Positions 18,917 through 28,781 of a stretch of DNA of 64,000 bases are shown here, piece by piece. The stretch lies in contig OZ245015.1 in the NCBI GenBank assembly GCA_965223705.1, positions 896,001 through 960,000 on the forward strand, written 5' to 3'. Below the pieces are notes generated by a model. The model had not been told where the DNA came from. It saw nothing but the letters and a program-made list of their open reading frames with translations, and searched no databases. The translations under genes and the position numbers were made by a program. Origin of the DNA: Myxococcota bacterium (GTDB taxonomy: Bacteria; Myxococcota_A; UBA9160; UBA6930). Positions within the stretch are counted from its first letter, which is position 1, and every line of letters begins with the position of its first letter.

Positions 18917-19699
18917 CTACCACGTGACTCGGGTGCGGGTGAAGTAATCGATCATGTCGTTGACCTGGTTCGGGACGATGAGTTGATTGAAGTGGCCCGC
19001 TCCTGCAGTCTGCGCGTTGACGACGCCCGGAAGCGCCGCGGCCATGTCCGCTTGGCGATTGAGTGGCGGATCGCCAGCGATGTGAAGGGCAGGTACGTTG
19101 CACTTCGCGGCCGCCGCATTTCCGTCGAAGGCGAGAATTCCCCGCCCGCAACCGATCGTCACGTGCGTCGGAGCCGACGTCATCTCCTCGGTCACCCGAT
19201 CGCGCAGGGCGGCGTCGTCTTCCGGGCGAAAGAGCACACCGGAAACGAAATCCCGGTGGGGCTTCGGGTCGCCCGCCTCGAGCGCCTGAAGGACCGCGTC
19301 CATTCCCTGACGCATGGCTTCGGGGAATTTGAGTGGCGCCGGGTCGACCATCACGATGCCGCGCACCGCATCGGGATGTGCGGCCGCGAGGGCGAGGACG
19401 GTCAGTCCTCCCATCGAATGGCCCACGGCCACCGGGCGATCCAGGCCGAGTTCGCGGATGACGAACGCCACATCGTCGGCGAATCCTTCGATCGGGTAGG
19501 CGCCTTCGGGCTTGTCGCTGTCGCCGTGGCCGCGAAGATCGACGGAGACCGCGCGGTATCCCGCCTTGACGACGTACTCCGCTTGGGGCGCGAAGTAGCG
19601 GTGATTGCAAGTCCAGCCGTGGACAAAGACGAAGCAGCGCTCGCCTTCTCCGATGTCTTGGTACGCGAGCCGGACGCCGTCGCGAACTACGTGAGCCAT
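18917..19699 (-). CDS. Alpha/beta hydrolase
   Basis: VHGW, DLRGHGDS, GHSMGG and AGHF motifs. Confidence 0.9.
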   Translation of the reverse strand: MAHVVRDGVRLAYQDIGEGERCFVFVHGWTCNHRYFAPQAEYVVKAGYRAVSVDLRGHGDSDKPEGAYPIEGFADDVAFVIRELGLDRPVAVGHSMGGLTVLALAAAHPDAVRGIVMVDPAPLKFPEAMRQGMDAVLQALEAGDPKPHRDFVSGVLFRPEDDAALRDRVTEEMTSAPTHVTIGCGRGILAFDGNAAAAKCNVPALHIAGDPPLNRQADMAAALPGVVNAQTAGAGHFNQLIVPNQVNDMIDYFTRTRVTW

Positions 19700-19731
19700 G
19701 GGAAACCTCCGTCGTCGATAGGGGAGCTAGC

Positions 19732-20538
19732 TTACCCGGAGCGCTCCGGGCTGGCTTCGAGAAACGCCGCAACCTCGCGGTTCCACGCTCCCGGATCCTC
19801 GAAGTACGGCGAGTGGCCCGAACCGGCGATGACGACGACGCGCGAGTCCCTGAAGGTCGCCGCGACTTCTCGGATGGCATCAGGGGGAAACAGGCGATCT
19901 CGGTCGCCGACGACAAGCAGCACCGGCATGTCGAGGGCGCGGACCGCTTCGACGTCGACCTCGGTGCGGAGCAGGGCGGGCACAATGCGTGGCGTGTCGG
20001 GCTCCCCGAACTGACCCAGGGCTTGGTACAAGTACGCGCGCGCGAGGTCGTTCTCGGCAAGTGCCGGGTCGATCGCGGGATGTTGTCCGAGCACTTCCGA
20101 AGGTGCCAAGCTCGGGCCGTTCGCAGCGGCGAGAAGCTCGTGGCTCGCTTCGCACGGAATGCCGCCGGGCGTGTCGGCGAGCACCAACCGGCGCACGCGC
20201 TTCGGCGACCGGAGGGCCAGCCCGAGCGCCGTCCAGCCCCCCATCGATTGACCGACAATGTCGGTTTGCTCGATGTCCAAATGATCGAGGACAGCCGTTA
20301 CGTCGCGAACCGCGAGCTCGGGTGTCGTGTGCGTGCGTGTCGCGGTGGATCGTCCGTAGCCGCGATGATCCCAGACGATGACGCGTCGCTGTTTCGCGAA
20401 GTGCGCGACTTGCTGGTACCAGACGGCGTGGTTGCCACCCGCACCGTGGCAAAGGACGAGCGGAGGCCCTTCGCCGAGCGCTTCCCAGTAAATGCGCTCC
20501 CCGTCGTGATCGAGAAATCCCGCAGCCCGGTGTGTCAT
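19732..20538 (-). CDS. Alpha/beta hydrolase
   Basis: CHGAGG, DHRGYGRS, GQSMGG and GHSPYFE motifs. Confidence 0.9.
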   Translation of the reverse strand: MTHRAAGFLDHDGERIYWEALGEGPPLVLCHGAGGNHAVWYQQVAHFAKQRRVIVWDHRGYGRSTATRTHTTPELAVRDVTAVLDHLDIEQTDIVGQSMGGWTALGLALRSPKRVRRLVLADTPGGIPCEASHELLAAANGPSLAPSEVLGQHPAIDPALAENDLARAYLYQALGQFGEPDTPRIVPALLRTEVDVEAVRALDMPVLLVVGDRDRLFPPDAIREVAATFRDSRVVVIAGSGHSPYFEDPGAWNREVAAFLEASPERSG

Positions 20539-20600
20539 GAGACTGTGACCGAGCATACAGCTTCGCTCCGTCGGCGGGCGCGAGAATATTCGAGAGAGAA

Positions 20601-20879
20601 ATGGGCCGACGACCGACCGAGCAAGCGGATTCCGACTCGAGGCGCGCCCTCGAGGAGCGCTTCTTGCGCTGGGTGGCGCGCAACGGCCGCGGGTCGAAAC
20701 CGGGTGCCCCAGCGCTCGATCAGCTCACGGAGACCTTTGCCGCTATTGCCCGCTCTGGGGGCTTGTGCGGCGAGCTCGAGCCTCTCTCCGACGACGAGTT
20801 CGCGCGGGAGCTTCTCGCGCTCCACGCACTACGGGAATCGGGAGAGCCGTTGCGTCTTTCGGGAAGCGAAGGGGACTAG
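20601..20879 (+). CDS. Small hypothetical protein
   Basis: Fills the gap between neighbours; RBS-like GAGAGAGA; plausible helical composition. Confidence 0.4.
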   Translation: MGRRPTEQADSDSRRALEERFLRWVARNGRGSKPGAPALDQLTETFAAIARSGGLCGELEPLSDDEFARELLALHALRESGEPLRLSGSEGD

Positions 20880-21562
20880 CGGCGGCGGCGAGCGGCCGCG
20901 CCGCAACCGACTAGACCGAGACCGATCATCAACGCAGTGCCCGGCTCAGGGGTCGGCACCGTCGCCATTCCCGGAGAGGCCGCCGCTAGCGACAGATCGG
21001 TGTGTCGGACGATATCGCCGTTCATGTTGCGAACGAACGACTCGCCGGGGAATGCGAGAGGAGTCTCGAAAGAATCGACGACCGTCATGCCGTCGCGGAG
21101 TTGGAACACGTCTCCGGTGTTCGTCGCGCAAAGTTCGCAACCGGAAGTGTCGCCGTTCACGATGGCTGCGGCGCTCGCCGTGAAGGCGCCCAGGTTCGCG
21201 CTGTTGCCGAAGATGACGAAGTAATCCCCCGCCCCGAGCACGAACGAGCTATCGAACCGATATCGGAAGGTGGGATTCGAGGCGTCCCAGAGTTCGAGAC
21301 CCTGAAGGTCGACCGCGGAGCCGCTGCTGTTCCAGATCTCGACGAACTCGTCGCCGGAGAGGTGGAGGAAGCTGTTGTCGTTGACGCCGTCGTTGTTCGA
21401 ATCGAAGGGGGTATCTCCGATGTCGGGATCGCCTGGGTTCGCAAGCACTTCGTTGATTACGATGCCGGCGAAGCTCATCGCAGAACTCGGGAGGGTCGAC
21501 ACGCTCAGGGTGAGAGCGGCGCCCGCGGCGAGCATCAGCAGTGTCCGAAAGCGAGGCTTCAT
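20876..21562 (-). CDS. Lamin-tail-domain protein with PEP-CTERM sorting signal
   Basis: Signal peptide; IVINEVLANP and DEFVEIWN (LTD); TPEPGTALMIGLGLVGCGAAARRRR. Confidence 0.85.
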   Translation of the reverse strand: MKPRFRTLLMLAAGAALTLSVSTLPSSAMSFAGIVINEVLANPGDPDIGDTPFDSNNDGVNDNSFLHLSGDEFVEIWNSSGSAVDLQGLELWDASNPTFRYRFDSSFVLGAGDYFVIFGNSANLGAFTASAAAIVNGDTSGCELCATNTGDVFQLRDGMTVVDSFETPLAFPGESFVRNMNGDIVRHTDLSLAAASPGMATVPTPEPGTALMIGLGLVGCGAAARRRR

Positions 21563-21757
21563 CGATCAAATCTCCACAGCGGCGCAGTCCGCCCAAGACG
21601 TACGTCCGCGACGGGTCTATTTTGACGCATCGCAGAGGTTCTTGGAAGGTTGTTGCCACAGAGGGCGAAAGGTGGCACAAAAAGGCGCCGCACCTCCGAC
21701 GGGCCGATCACCAGCCGGCAACTTGTCCAACAATCCATCGATAGCAAAGGGGAAACG

Positions 21758-22798
21758 GTGACTCCTGTCCGACTGAGCGTGCTCGACCAGTCGCCTGTCC
21801 GCCGGGGCTCGAACGCAGCGACCGCCTTGCGAGAGACGGTGGCTCTCGCCGAACACTGCGACGCGCTGGGCTACGAGCGGTTTTGGGTCGCGGAGCACCA
21901 CAATCTGCCCGGGTTCGCCGGGACGAGCCCCGAGGTCCTCATCGGGGAGATCGCGTCGCGGACCCGGGGCATTCGAGTCGGGAGCGGCGGCGTGATGTTG
22001 CCCCACTACAGTGCGCTTCACGTCGCCGAGGGATTTCGCGTGCTGGAAGCGCTGCATCCGGGTCGAATCGATCTGGGCCTCGGCCGCGCGCCGGGAAGTG
22101 ACCCGCTGACGGCGGCCGCGCTCGCTCACCCCGGCGGGCAACGCGACGTCGCAACGTATCCCGAGCAGGTCGACACCCTCCTGGCCTATTTGGGTGCCGG
22201 GTTGCCCGCTTCTCATCCCTTCGCCCGAGTGAAAGCCGCTCCCACGGACGGGAGTGCCCCGCAGGTATGGCTCCTGGGCTCCGGGATCGATTCGGCCCTG
22301 TTGGCCGCCGAGCGCGGGTTGCCCTTCGCGTTCGCGCATTTCTTCGCGTCGTCGCTCGAATACGCCCCCGCCATCGTCGACGCGTACCGGAAACACTATC
22401 GCCCCTCGGACCACTGGCCGGCCCCCCGACTCTTGCTCGCCGTAAGCGTGATTTGCGCGCCCACGGAGGAGGAGGCGGTCGATCTGTCGGGTAGCCTGGG
22501 GCTCGCGCGGCTGCTCCTCGCTCGGGGTCGCCCCGAGGCGATCGCGTCGGTGGACGAGGCGCGTTCCTACCCGTACACGCCGGAAGAACGGGCCTTTGTC
22601 GACTCCTTTCGATCTGCCTGTGTCCTCACGACGCCCGATGCCGTCGCCGCGGCACTGGGTCGCATGGTCGACGAATTCGGCGCGGATGAGATCGCCGCGG
22701 TGACGGTCTGCCACGATTTCGACGCCCGAAAACGCTCCTACAGCTACCTCGCCGAAGCTTGCGGCCTCTCGCGACGGAGGAATCCCACCGAAACGTGA
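21758..22798 (+). CDS. LLM class flavin-dependent oxidoreductase (luciferase-like)
   Basis: LSVLDQSP, WVAEHH, GSGGVMLPHYS and GRIDLGLGRAPG motifs. Confidence 0.92.
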   Translation: MTPVRLSVLDQSPVRRGSNAATALRETVALAEHCDALGYERFWVAEHHNLPGFAGTSPEVLIGEIASRTRGIRVGSGGVMLPHYSALHVAEGFRVLEALHPGRIDLGLGRAPGSDPLTAAALAHPGGQRDVATYPEQVDTLLAYLGAGLPASHPFARVKAAPTDGSAPQVWLLGSGIDSALLAAERGLPFAFAHFFASSLEYAPAIVDAYRKHYRPSDHWPAPRLLLAVSVICAPTEEEAVDLSGSLGLARLLLARGRPEAIASVDEARSYPYTPEERAFVDSFRSACVLTTPDAVAAALGRMVDEFGADEIAAVTVCHDFDARKRSYSYLAEACGLSRRRNPTET

Positions 22799-22861
22799 CC
22801 TCCGTAACAGTTTCACCCCACCGCAACGTCTAGTCTGTCCCTGGTTGGCGGACACGAGTGG

Positions 22862-23128
22862 TTGGGGGGATCGCCTGTGGAAACGCAACAGCAAACCCGT
22901 GAGCGACCGTTTCAGTCGTTGACCGGTCATCGACCGAGGCGTGGGAAGCTCGGTCTGTGGACACGGCGGCTCGAGGAACTCCGCGCGACTCACCCGAGTC
23001 CGCCTCAATTTCTCGAGTCCGCCCATCGTCTCCTGCGCTGGAGCGCCATCGAAGACGACGTCGACTTGTACGTCGCGGTCCGCTGCATGATTCACGAACT
23101 CGCCGAGGAGCCCGCCCCGGGAGCGTGA
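22862..23128 (+). CDS. Small hypothetical protein; start uncertain
   Basis: Fills intergenic space; no recognisable motif. Confidence 0.35.
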   Translation: MGGSPVETQQQTRERPFQSLTGHRPRRGKLGLWTRRLEELRATHPSPPQFLESAHRLLRWSAIEDDVDLYVAVRCMIHELAEEPAPGA

Positions 23129-23808
23129 GCGACCGCGGGGCCTCTCCGTTGACGTCCCGCGGCGGCGAGTCCGGCCAATCCAATCGCGAGAAGCGCAGCC
23201 GTGTCCGCCTCCGGGGTCAGCACATACTGCTGTTCGATCGCCGAGATCCGCGCACTCCCGCCGAGGTCGGGACCCACGAGAGAGCTGTCGATCAACACGG
23301 TGGTCGTTGCGCGGAAGCCCATCGACGGCCCGAAGGTCTCGGCCGCGAGAACGACGGCGTCGCCGGGAAGACCTCCCGTATCAAAGGTCGAAAGCACAGC
23401 CAGACTGCTGCCCGCTTCGGTGAGAACGACATCCACAGATGCCTGGGCACCCGCGCCGCTCGCGACGTTGTTCGCGAGTAGCGTCGCTCCAACCACGTTT
23501 TCGCTACCCGCCGCAGTCACGTTGTAGGCGAGGAACAGGTCGCCCACTTCTCCATCCGCGCCGGACAGCGGGCCGGTCAGGCGAAAGCCGTCGCCGTCAA
23601 ACGCGACGTCGTAATTCGCGAGGTTCGTACTCAAATCCCCGTTGATCTGAACTTCGAAATCACTGAAGAGCAAACCGCCGGAAGCCACGGCACCGCCGGC
23701 GATCAGTGTGGCGAGGCTGACGGCAGAAGCAGCGGTTGCGAAGGCCAAACCGATGGGGATGGCTAGAAAGAGCGAAAAGAATCTGACGAAGCGAAAGCCG
23801 GCCGTCAT
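23092..23808 (-). CDS. Exported protein with variant PEP-CTERM-like signal (TPEA)
   Basis: RBS AGGAG, signal peptide, C-terminal LTPEADTAALLAIGLAGLAAAGRQRR. Confidence 0.75.
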   Translation of the reverse strand: MTAGFRFVRFFSLFLAIPIGLAFATAASAVSLATLIAGGAVASGGLLFSDFEVQINGDLSTNLANYDVAFDGDGFRLTGPLSGADGEVGDLFLAYNVTAAGSENVVGATLLANNVASGAGAQASVDVVLTEAGSSLAVLSTFDTGGLPGDAVVLAAETFGPSMGFRATTTVLIDSSLVGPDLGGSARISAIEQQYVLTPEADTAALLAIGLAGLAAAGRQRRGPAVAHAPGAGSSASS

Positions 23809-23912
23809 TTCGGGTCTCCTCTTGGCACCGCGTTCGGGGTGCGCTTAGGAGACTGTTTCGGTGTCTCGCGGGCTCGACCGTGTGATCTGGGTCTATCTCT
23901 TCCAGTGACTGT

Positions 23913-25769
23913 TTACACAGACCCTTGCGAAGGCTTGCCGTCGAGTGGCGGCGACCAAGCTTCGGGGCGCTCGATCGCGAGACGCCAGAGTGCATCCGGT
24001 CGCGTGACCTCGCGCACGAAGGATTCGCTCGGGAAGGGCTTCCCGAGCAGGTAGCCCTGGAGCCGCGTGCACCCGAGCGACAGCAGGGTGTCCATCTGTT
24101 CCAGAGTTTCGACGCCCTCGGCGATGACTTGGAAGCCCAGGCCTTGCGCGATGCGCACGAGGCTCTCGAAGATGACGACATCGCGCGGATCTTCGGTGAT
24201 GCCTTGCACAAAGGACTGGTCGATCTTCAGCGTGTCCGCCGGTAGTCGTTTGATCAGCGCGAGCGAGGAGTAACCGCACCCGAAGTCGTCGATGGCCGTT
24301 CGAACGCCGAGCCTTCGCAGCCGCGTAAGGGCCTCGATCATCGATTCGTTGGCCGCAAAGGACTCGGTCAACTCGAGCTCGAGTCGCCCGGCGGACAGGC
24401 CCGTTTCGCGAAGAATCGCTTTGACACTGTCGAGGAAGCTCTCGTGCTCGAGCTGTCGGGCCGAGATATTGACGGCGACGGCGACGTCGCCGAGCTCCGT
24501 CCAGGAGGCCGCCGCTTCACAGGCGGTTCGCAGTACCCATTCCCCCAGGTCGACAATCATCCCGGTGTCTTCCGCCAGCGTGATGAACTCGCCCGGCGAG
24601 ACGATGCCGCGAGACGGATGGCGCCAGCGCACGAGTGTCTCGGCGGCGATGAGGCGCTCTGTCGCGACGTCCACTTGCGGCTGGAAATCGAGAATCAATT
24701 CGCCCGAGCGGATCGCTTCGCGCAAACCGTTCACCATCTCGAAGCGCTCCACCGCCGAATCGTTCATCGCCCGTTGGAAGAAACAGACGTGGTTTCGCCC
24801 GGCCGCTTTCGCGTGGTACATCGCGGAATCCGCGCGGCGCAGGAGCAGATCACCGTCTTCTCCGTCCTGCGGGTAGAACGCGATACCGATACTCGCGCTC
24901 ACCCAGCACTCGATGCCTCCGATCTGGTACGCCTTGCCGATTTCTTCGCGAATTCGTTCCGCAAGCGCTTTCACCTGGGCGGGGTCGCGGATGCTGCGGA
25001 TCGCCGCGACGAACTCGTCGCCTCCGAGACGCGCGACCAGATCGCCGCGCGGAACGAGCTCGCGCATCCGACGCGCCACGTCGATCAGGAGATCGTCGCC
25101 GACGGAGTGCCCGAGGTTGTCGTTGATGGATTTGAACCCGTCGAGATCGAAGAACATGACGGCCAAGGGGTGGCCGGTCCGCGAGCTCTCTTCGAGGACG
25201 CCGCGGAGTTCCCGGTTGAAGCAGTACCGATTCGGAAGACCGGTCAGCATGTCGTGGGTCGCCATGTGTTGCTGACGCCGCTGCGCGTGCCGCAACTCAT
25301 TCATCATGCGATGCCGCTCGACGGCGTGTAGCAGCGTCCGTGAGATCAGCTGAGGCGTGACTTCGCCCTTGATGAGATAGTCCTGCGCGCCGGCGCGGAC
25401 GGCTTTCAGCGCCAGGCCTTCGTCCTTCTGGTACGTCAGAACCACGATCGGGACGCTGCGCGCCGCGACCTTCGCACGATAGAGGGAATCGAGCCCGTAC
25501 CCTTCGTGGATCGCCAGATCGAGGAGCACGACGTCGTAGCTGCCACTCTGCAGATTCTGGAGCGCTTGATCGACGCTGCGCACGTGCGTGATTTCGAAGC
25601 GGCGCTCGGGGCCGCCCAGCACGGTAAACAGGCGCTCCGCTGAAAGCATGTCCTCCTCGACGAGGAGGAGATTCACAGACCCGCCACCCTCGGTCGCGAC
25701 CCCGAGTTCCACGTCGTCCGGCTTTGTCGGGGCCTCTTGTTCCTTAGAGGGGTGTGACACCGAGGACAT
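23913..25769 (-). CDS. REC-GGDEF-EAL diguanylate cyclase/phosphodiesterase
   Basis: Receiver domain (VLLDL, GAQDYLIK), RLGGDEF, AETLVRW and IDDFGCGYSSL. Confidence 0.93.
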   Translation of the reverse strand: MSSVSHPSKEQEAPTKPDDVELGVATEGGGSVNLLLVEEDMLSAERLFTVLGGPERRFEITHVRSVDQALQNLQSGSYDVVLLDLAIHEGYGLDSLYRAKVAARSVPIVVLTYQKDEGLALKAVRAGAQDYLIKGEVTPQLISRTLLHAVERHRMMNELRHAQRRQQHMATHDMLTGLPNRYCFNRELRGVLEESSRTGHPLAVMFFDLDGFKSINDNLGHSVGDDLLIDVARRMRELVPRGDLVARLGGDEFVAAIRSIRDPAQVKALAERIREEIGKAYQIGGIECWVSASIGIAFYPQDGEDGDLLLRRADSAMYHAKAAGRNHVCFFQRAMNDSAVERFEMVNGLREAIRSGELILDFQPQVDVATERLIAAETLVRWRHPSRGIVSPGEFITLAEDTGMIVDLGEWVLRTACEAAASWTELGDVAVAVNISARQLEHESFLDSVKAILRETGLSAGRLELELTESFAANESMIEALTRLRRLGVRTAIDDFGCGYSSLALIKRLPADTLKIDQSFVQGITEDPRDVVIFESLVRIAQGLGFQVIAEGVETLEQMDTLLSLGCTRLQGYLLGKPFPSESFVREVTRPDALWRLAIERPEAWSPPLDGKPSQGSV

Positions 25770-26385
25770 CCCAACCCGCGCCGACCTCGGAGAGCGCGAG
25801 TTCCTTCGCTTCATCGGGGTTCGAAGCGGCTACGACCAGGCGACACGTACGCGGACCGCCGGATTGCTTGACGCGAATCGCGTGCCGTTTGAGACCCGGG
25901 AGGCGCCGCTCCGGCTTGGGCAGGCCTACGCGGGGAACCGTCGCTTCCTCCTTCTCCTTGCCGGAATCGGCGCTCTTGGGTTCCTCCGGCAAGGGGTTCG
26001 TTTCCGCGGGTCGTTTCTGTGGAGGTCGGACCAAGCGCCGACCGGCCTTTGTCTCGCTGCTCTCGCGAAGCGACGCGACCATGGAGAAGTACTCATCCGG
26101 CGCATTCGACAGCACGAGACCGATCGATTTCTGGCCGCGTTTCCGACTCTCCTTGACGTGCCAGACCAACCCCTCGATCCGGATGGTCTTGCCCTTGGGC
26201 GGTCGCAGCGTCAAAAGAAGCGGGAAGCCTTGTTCCGGCGGCGTCACGTCGGTTTCGATCTGCAGGCCGCCGTCGGACACGTCGAGCACCAGGGCGCGCA
26301 CCGGCTCCTTCTTCGTCTCGATGAAACACGCGAAGTTGCACCGAACCCGCTCGTGTTTTCTGCGCTCCGCGCCCATATCGCCCAT
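25744..26385 (-). CDS. PilZ domain protein
   Basis: Intact RRKHER and DVSDGG c-di-GMP binding motifs. Confidence 0.85.
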   Translation of the reverse strand: MGDMGAERRKHERVRCNFACFIETKKEPVRALVLDVSDGGLQIETDVTPPEQGFPLLLTLRPPKGKTIRIEGLVWHVKESRKRGQKSIGLVLSNAPDEYFSMVASLRESSETKAGRRLVRPPQKRPAETNPLPEEPKSADSGKEKEEATVPRVGLPKPERRLPGLKRHAIRVKQSGGPRTCRLVVAASNPDEAKELALSEVGAGWDVLGVTPL

Positions 26386-26512
26386 ATCGGCGTGAAGGGA
26401 GTGCGCCATTACCCGAGCGCGGTGCCGATCGGCAACACCGGCGTAGCTCCCGATCTGACGGCAAAAGGACCCGCTTTCGCGTCGTCTGGGAAATTCTTGA
26501 TATAACGTCGAC

Positions 26513-27808
26513 ATGCGCCCAGCCGACCCCGGAGCTTCCGACCGACGCGCCCGCTCGGCGCTCACTGCGGCCCTGCTACTGATCGCTTCGATGTCCGTCG
26601 CCGCCGACGATCCGACGGGTCGGGCTCGGGACGTCTTCGAGGCGGCCTCTCCGATGGTCGTCCAAGTGCAAGTCCTCGAGGAAGAGACCGGCTCCAAAGC
26701 GAGTATCGGCTCGGGCTTCGCCTTCGGGCGGCCGGGACACCTGGTCACGAACTTCCACGTGATTTCAGAAGTGCTCCACCATCCCGAGCGGTACCGCGCC
26801 ATCGCGCTCGACGCCGCAGGCGGGCAGCGGCCCCTCCGAGTCCTCGCCATCGACGTGATCCACGATCTGGCGATCGTCGAGACGGACCCGCCCTTCGAGG
26901 GGGTGCTCGAGGCGCGGTCCGCGCGACCGGCCAAAGGCGAGGACATCTTCGCTTTGGGAAATCCCTATGACCTCGGGTTGAGCGTCGTCGAAGGTACGTA
27001 CAACGGGCTTTCGGAGTATGCCCTGGAAGAGAAGATTCATTTCTCGGGGTCACTCAATCCGGGTATGAGCGGCGGCCCGGCACTCGACGGGCGCGGTCGC
27101 GTCGTCGGCGTGAACGTCGCGACGGCAGGCAACCAGGTGAGCTTTCTCGTACCGGTGGCCGCCGCCGTCCGCCTCGTCAAAGACGCCGGGACCGGGGATG
27201 GTTCCACCGATTGGCACGCCGCTATCGGAGCACAGCTTCACGCGTATCAAGAGCGACATGTCGCCGCGATTCTCGAAACCGCGGCGCCCCGGGTTCCACT
27301 CGGCGCTTTCTCCGTGGGGGGGAAGCCGGCTCCGTCGTTCAGTTGTTGGGGCAATCGGCAGGAAGACGAGAGTTCGCTCTACGAGGCGGTCTTTCACCAG
27401 TGCACGACGGAGGATACCGTCTTCATCTCTGGGAGATTGGTGCTGTCGCTCCTGGCGCAGCGCCACCGGCTGGTGCGCAGCGAGGGTTTGGGCGAGCCCG
27501 CGTTCTACGCGTTGTACTCGGAGTTCTTCGAAGATAGCTACAGCCAACTCGACGGGAGCGAAGACGACTACACGCCGTTCCGCTGCCATACGGATTTCCT
27601 GACTCACCGGGGGATGACGTCGAAAGCCACGTTCTGCGCCCGTCGATACCTCCGCTACGAAGGCCTCTACGACGCCGTTTTCAAGATCGCGACGCTCGGC
27701 CAACCGGACACCGGGCTCGAAACGGCATTGGTCCTTCGGGGAATCAGCATCGGCAACGCGCGAAAACTCGCTGAGCGGCACCTCGAGGCGATCGCATGGA
27801 ATCCCTAG
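26513..27808 (+). CDS. Exported trypsin-like (S1C) serine protease with Cys-containing C-terminal domain
   Basis: Catalytic triad TNFHV, HDLA and NPGMSGGP. Confidence 0.88.
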   Translation: MRPADPGASDRRARSALTAALLLIASMSVAADDPTGRARDVFEAASPMVVQVQVLEEETGSKASIGSGFAFGRPGHLVTNFHVISEVLHHPERYRAIALDAAGGQRPLRVLAIDVIHDLAIVETDPPFEGVLEARSARPAKGEDIFALGNPYDLGLSVVEGTYNGLSEYALEEKIHFSGSLNPGMSGGPALDGRGRVVGVNVATAGNQVSFLVPVAAAVRLVKDAGTGDGSTDWHAAIGAQLHAYQERHVAAILETAAPRVPLGAFSVGGKPAPSFSCWGNRQEDESSLYEAVFHQCTTEDTVFISGRLVLSLLAQRHRLVRSEGLGEPAFYALYSEFFEDSYSQLDGSEDDYTPFRCHTDFLTHRGMTSKATFCARRYLRYEGLYDAVFKIATLGQPDTGLETALVLRGISIGNARKLAERHLEAIAWNP

Positions 27809-28776
27809 TTGTCGTCGAAGTTCTCGACCGACGCGGCCGGGTGCGCGAGCGACAGCGCGTTACCGAGCTGCCGTTTCGGATCGGTCGAGCGTACGACAAC
27901 GACCTCATCCTCGACGATCCGACCGTATGCCCACATCACGCCGTGATCGACGAACGCGATGGCGAGATCGGCATCGCGGATTGCGGCTCGGTCAACGGGC
28001 TGACCAGCGCGCGGGAACCGCACACGCGGCTCGCCATCGAAACCGATACGCAAGTGCGTCTCGGGCGGTCGACACTGCGCTTGCGAACGCCCGGGTTCGT
28101 CCCGCCGCCCGCGATCGCGGTCGCGGGCAAGCCCGGTCCGCTACTTCGGGTCCTCAATCATGGGTCGATGCTCCCCGGCGCACTTCTCGCGGCCCTTTTC
28201 ACGACGTATCTCGGGTCCGTTCGGGAGAGCTACGCGCGCTTTACTTGGACCCCGTTCTTGACCGACCTCATCACGGCGCTGTTGGTGCTGCTGGTCTGGG
28301 CGGGACTCTGGGCCTTGCTCACTCGGGTGCTCACGCCACGCGGGCGGTTCTTCGCACACTTGGGCATCACCTCGATTTGGCTGGTCGGCGACACCGTGAT
28401 CGATTTGCTGAGCGAATACGCGCGCTTCTTCTTTGCTTCGATCGACGGAGTCAGCGCCGGTGTCGCCATCGCCGCCTGGGTCTTGGCGGCGATCCTCTTT
28501 TTCGGTCACCTGTCCCTGACGGGCGCGTTGTCGCGTTGGGCTCGGCGGGGGCTCGCGGCAGGCTTGGCGTTGGTCCTCGTGGCTGTGACGCAGCTCGAGT
28601 CCGCGCTCGTCAATGTCGACTGGACGTACACGCTCCCTTATTGGAGTCGCCTCCAACCGGTTTCGCCCGCGTGGCTACCCGCCGAAGACAGCGCCACTTT
28701 CTTCGACGAAGCCTTTGGGTTGGCCGACGCACTGGATGAGCTCGCCGAAGAACGCCTCGCCGAAATCGCTCAGTAG
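27796..28776 (+). CDS. FHA domain membrane protein
   Basis: IGRAYDNDLILDD...HHA...GSVNG FHA motif followed by several TM helices. Confidence 0.85.
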   Translation: MESLVVVEVLDRRGRVRERQRVTELPFRIGRAYDNDLILDDPTVCPHHAVIDERDGEIGIADCGSVNGLTSAREPHTRLAIETDTQVRLGRSTLRLRTPGFVPPPAIAVAGKPGPLLRVLNHGSMLPGALLAALFTTYLGSVRESYARFTWTPFLTDLITALLVLLVWAGLWALLTRVLTPRGRFFAHLGITSIWLVGDTVIDLLSEYARFFFASIDGVSAGVAIAAWVLAAILFFGHLSLTGALSRWARRGLAAGLALVLVAVTQLESALVNVDWTYTLPYWSRLQPVSPAWLPAEDSATFFDEAFGLADALDELAEERLAEIAQ

Positions 28777-28781
28777 GGGCT

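Noticed and set aside
18906..20258. 571-aa ORF apparently fusing a long N-terminus to the CMD protein
   Set aside because: The upstream part overlaps two real hydrolase genes in another frame; the CMD gene starts at 18905
21644..21690. Possible sigma-54 sites (TGGCAACAACCTTCC on the minus strand, TGGCACAAAAAGGCG on the plus strand) near the LTD PEP-CTERM gene
   Set aside because: Neither has the -12 GC at the required GG-N10-GC spacing
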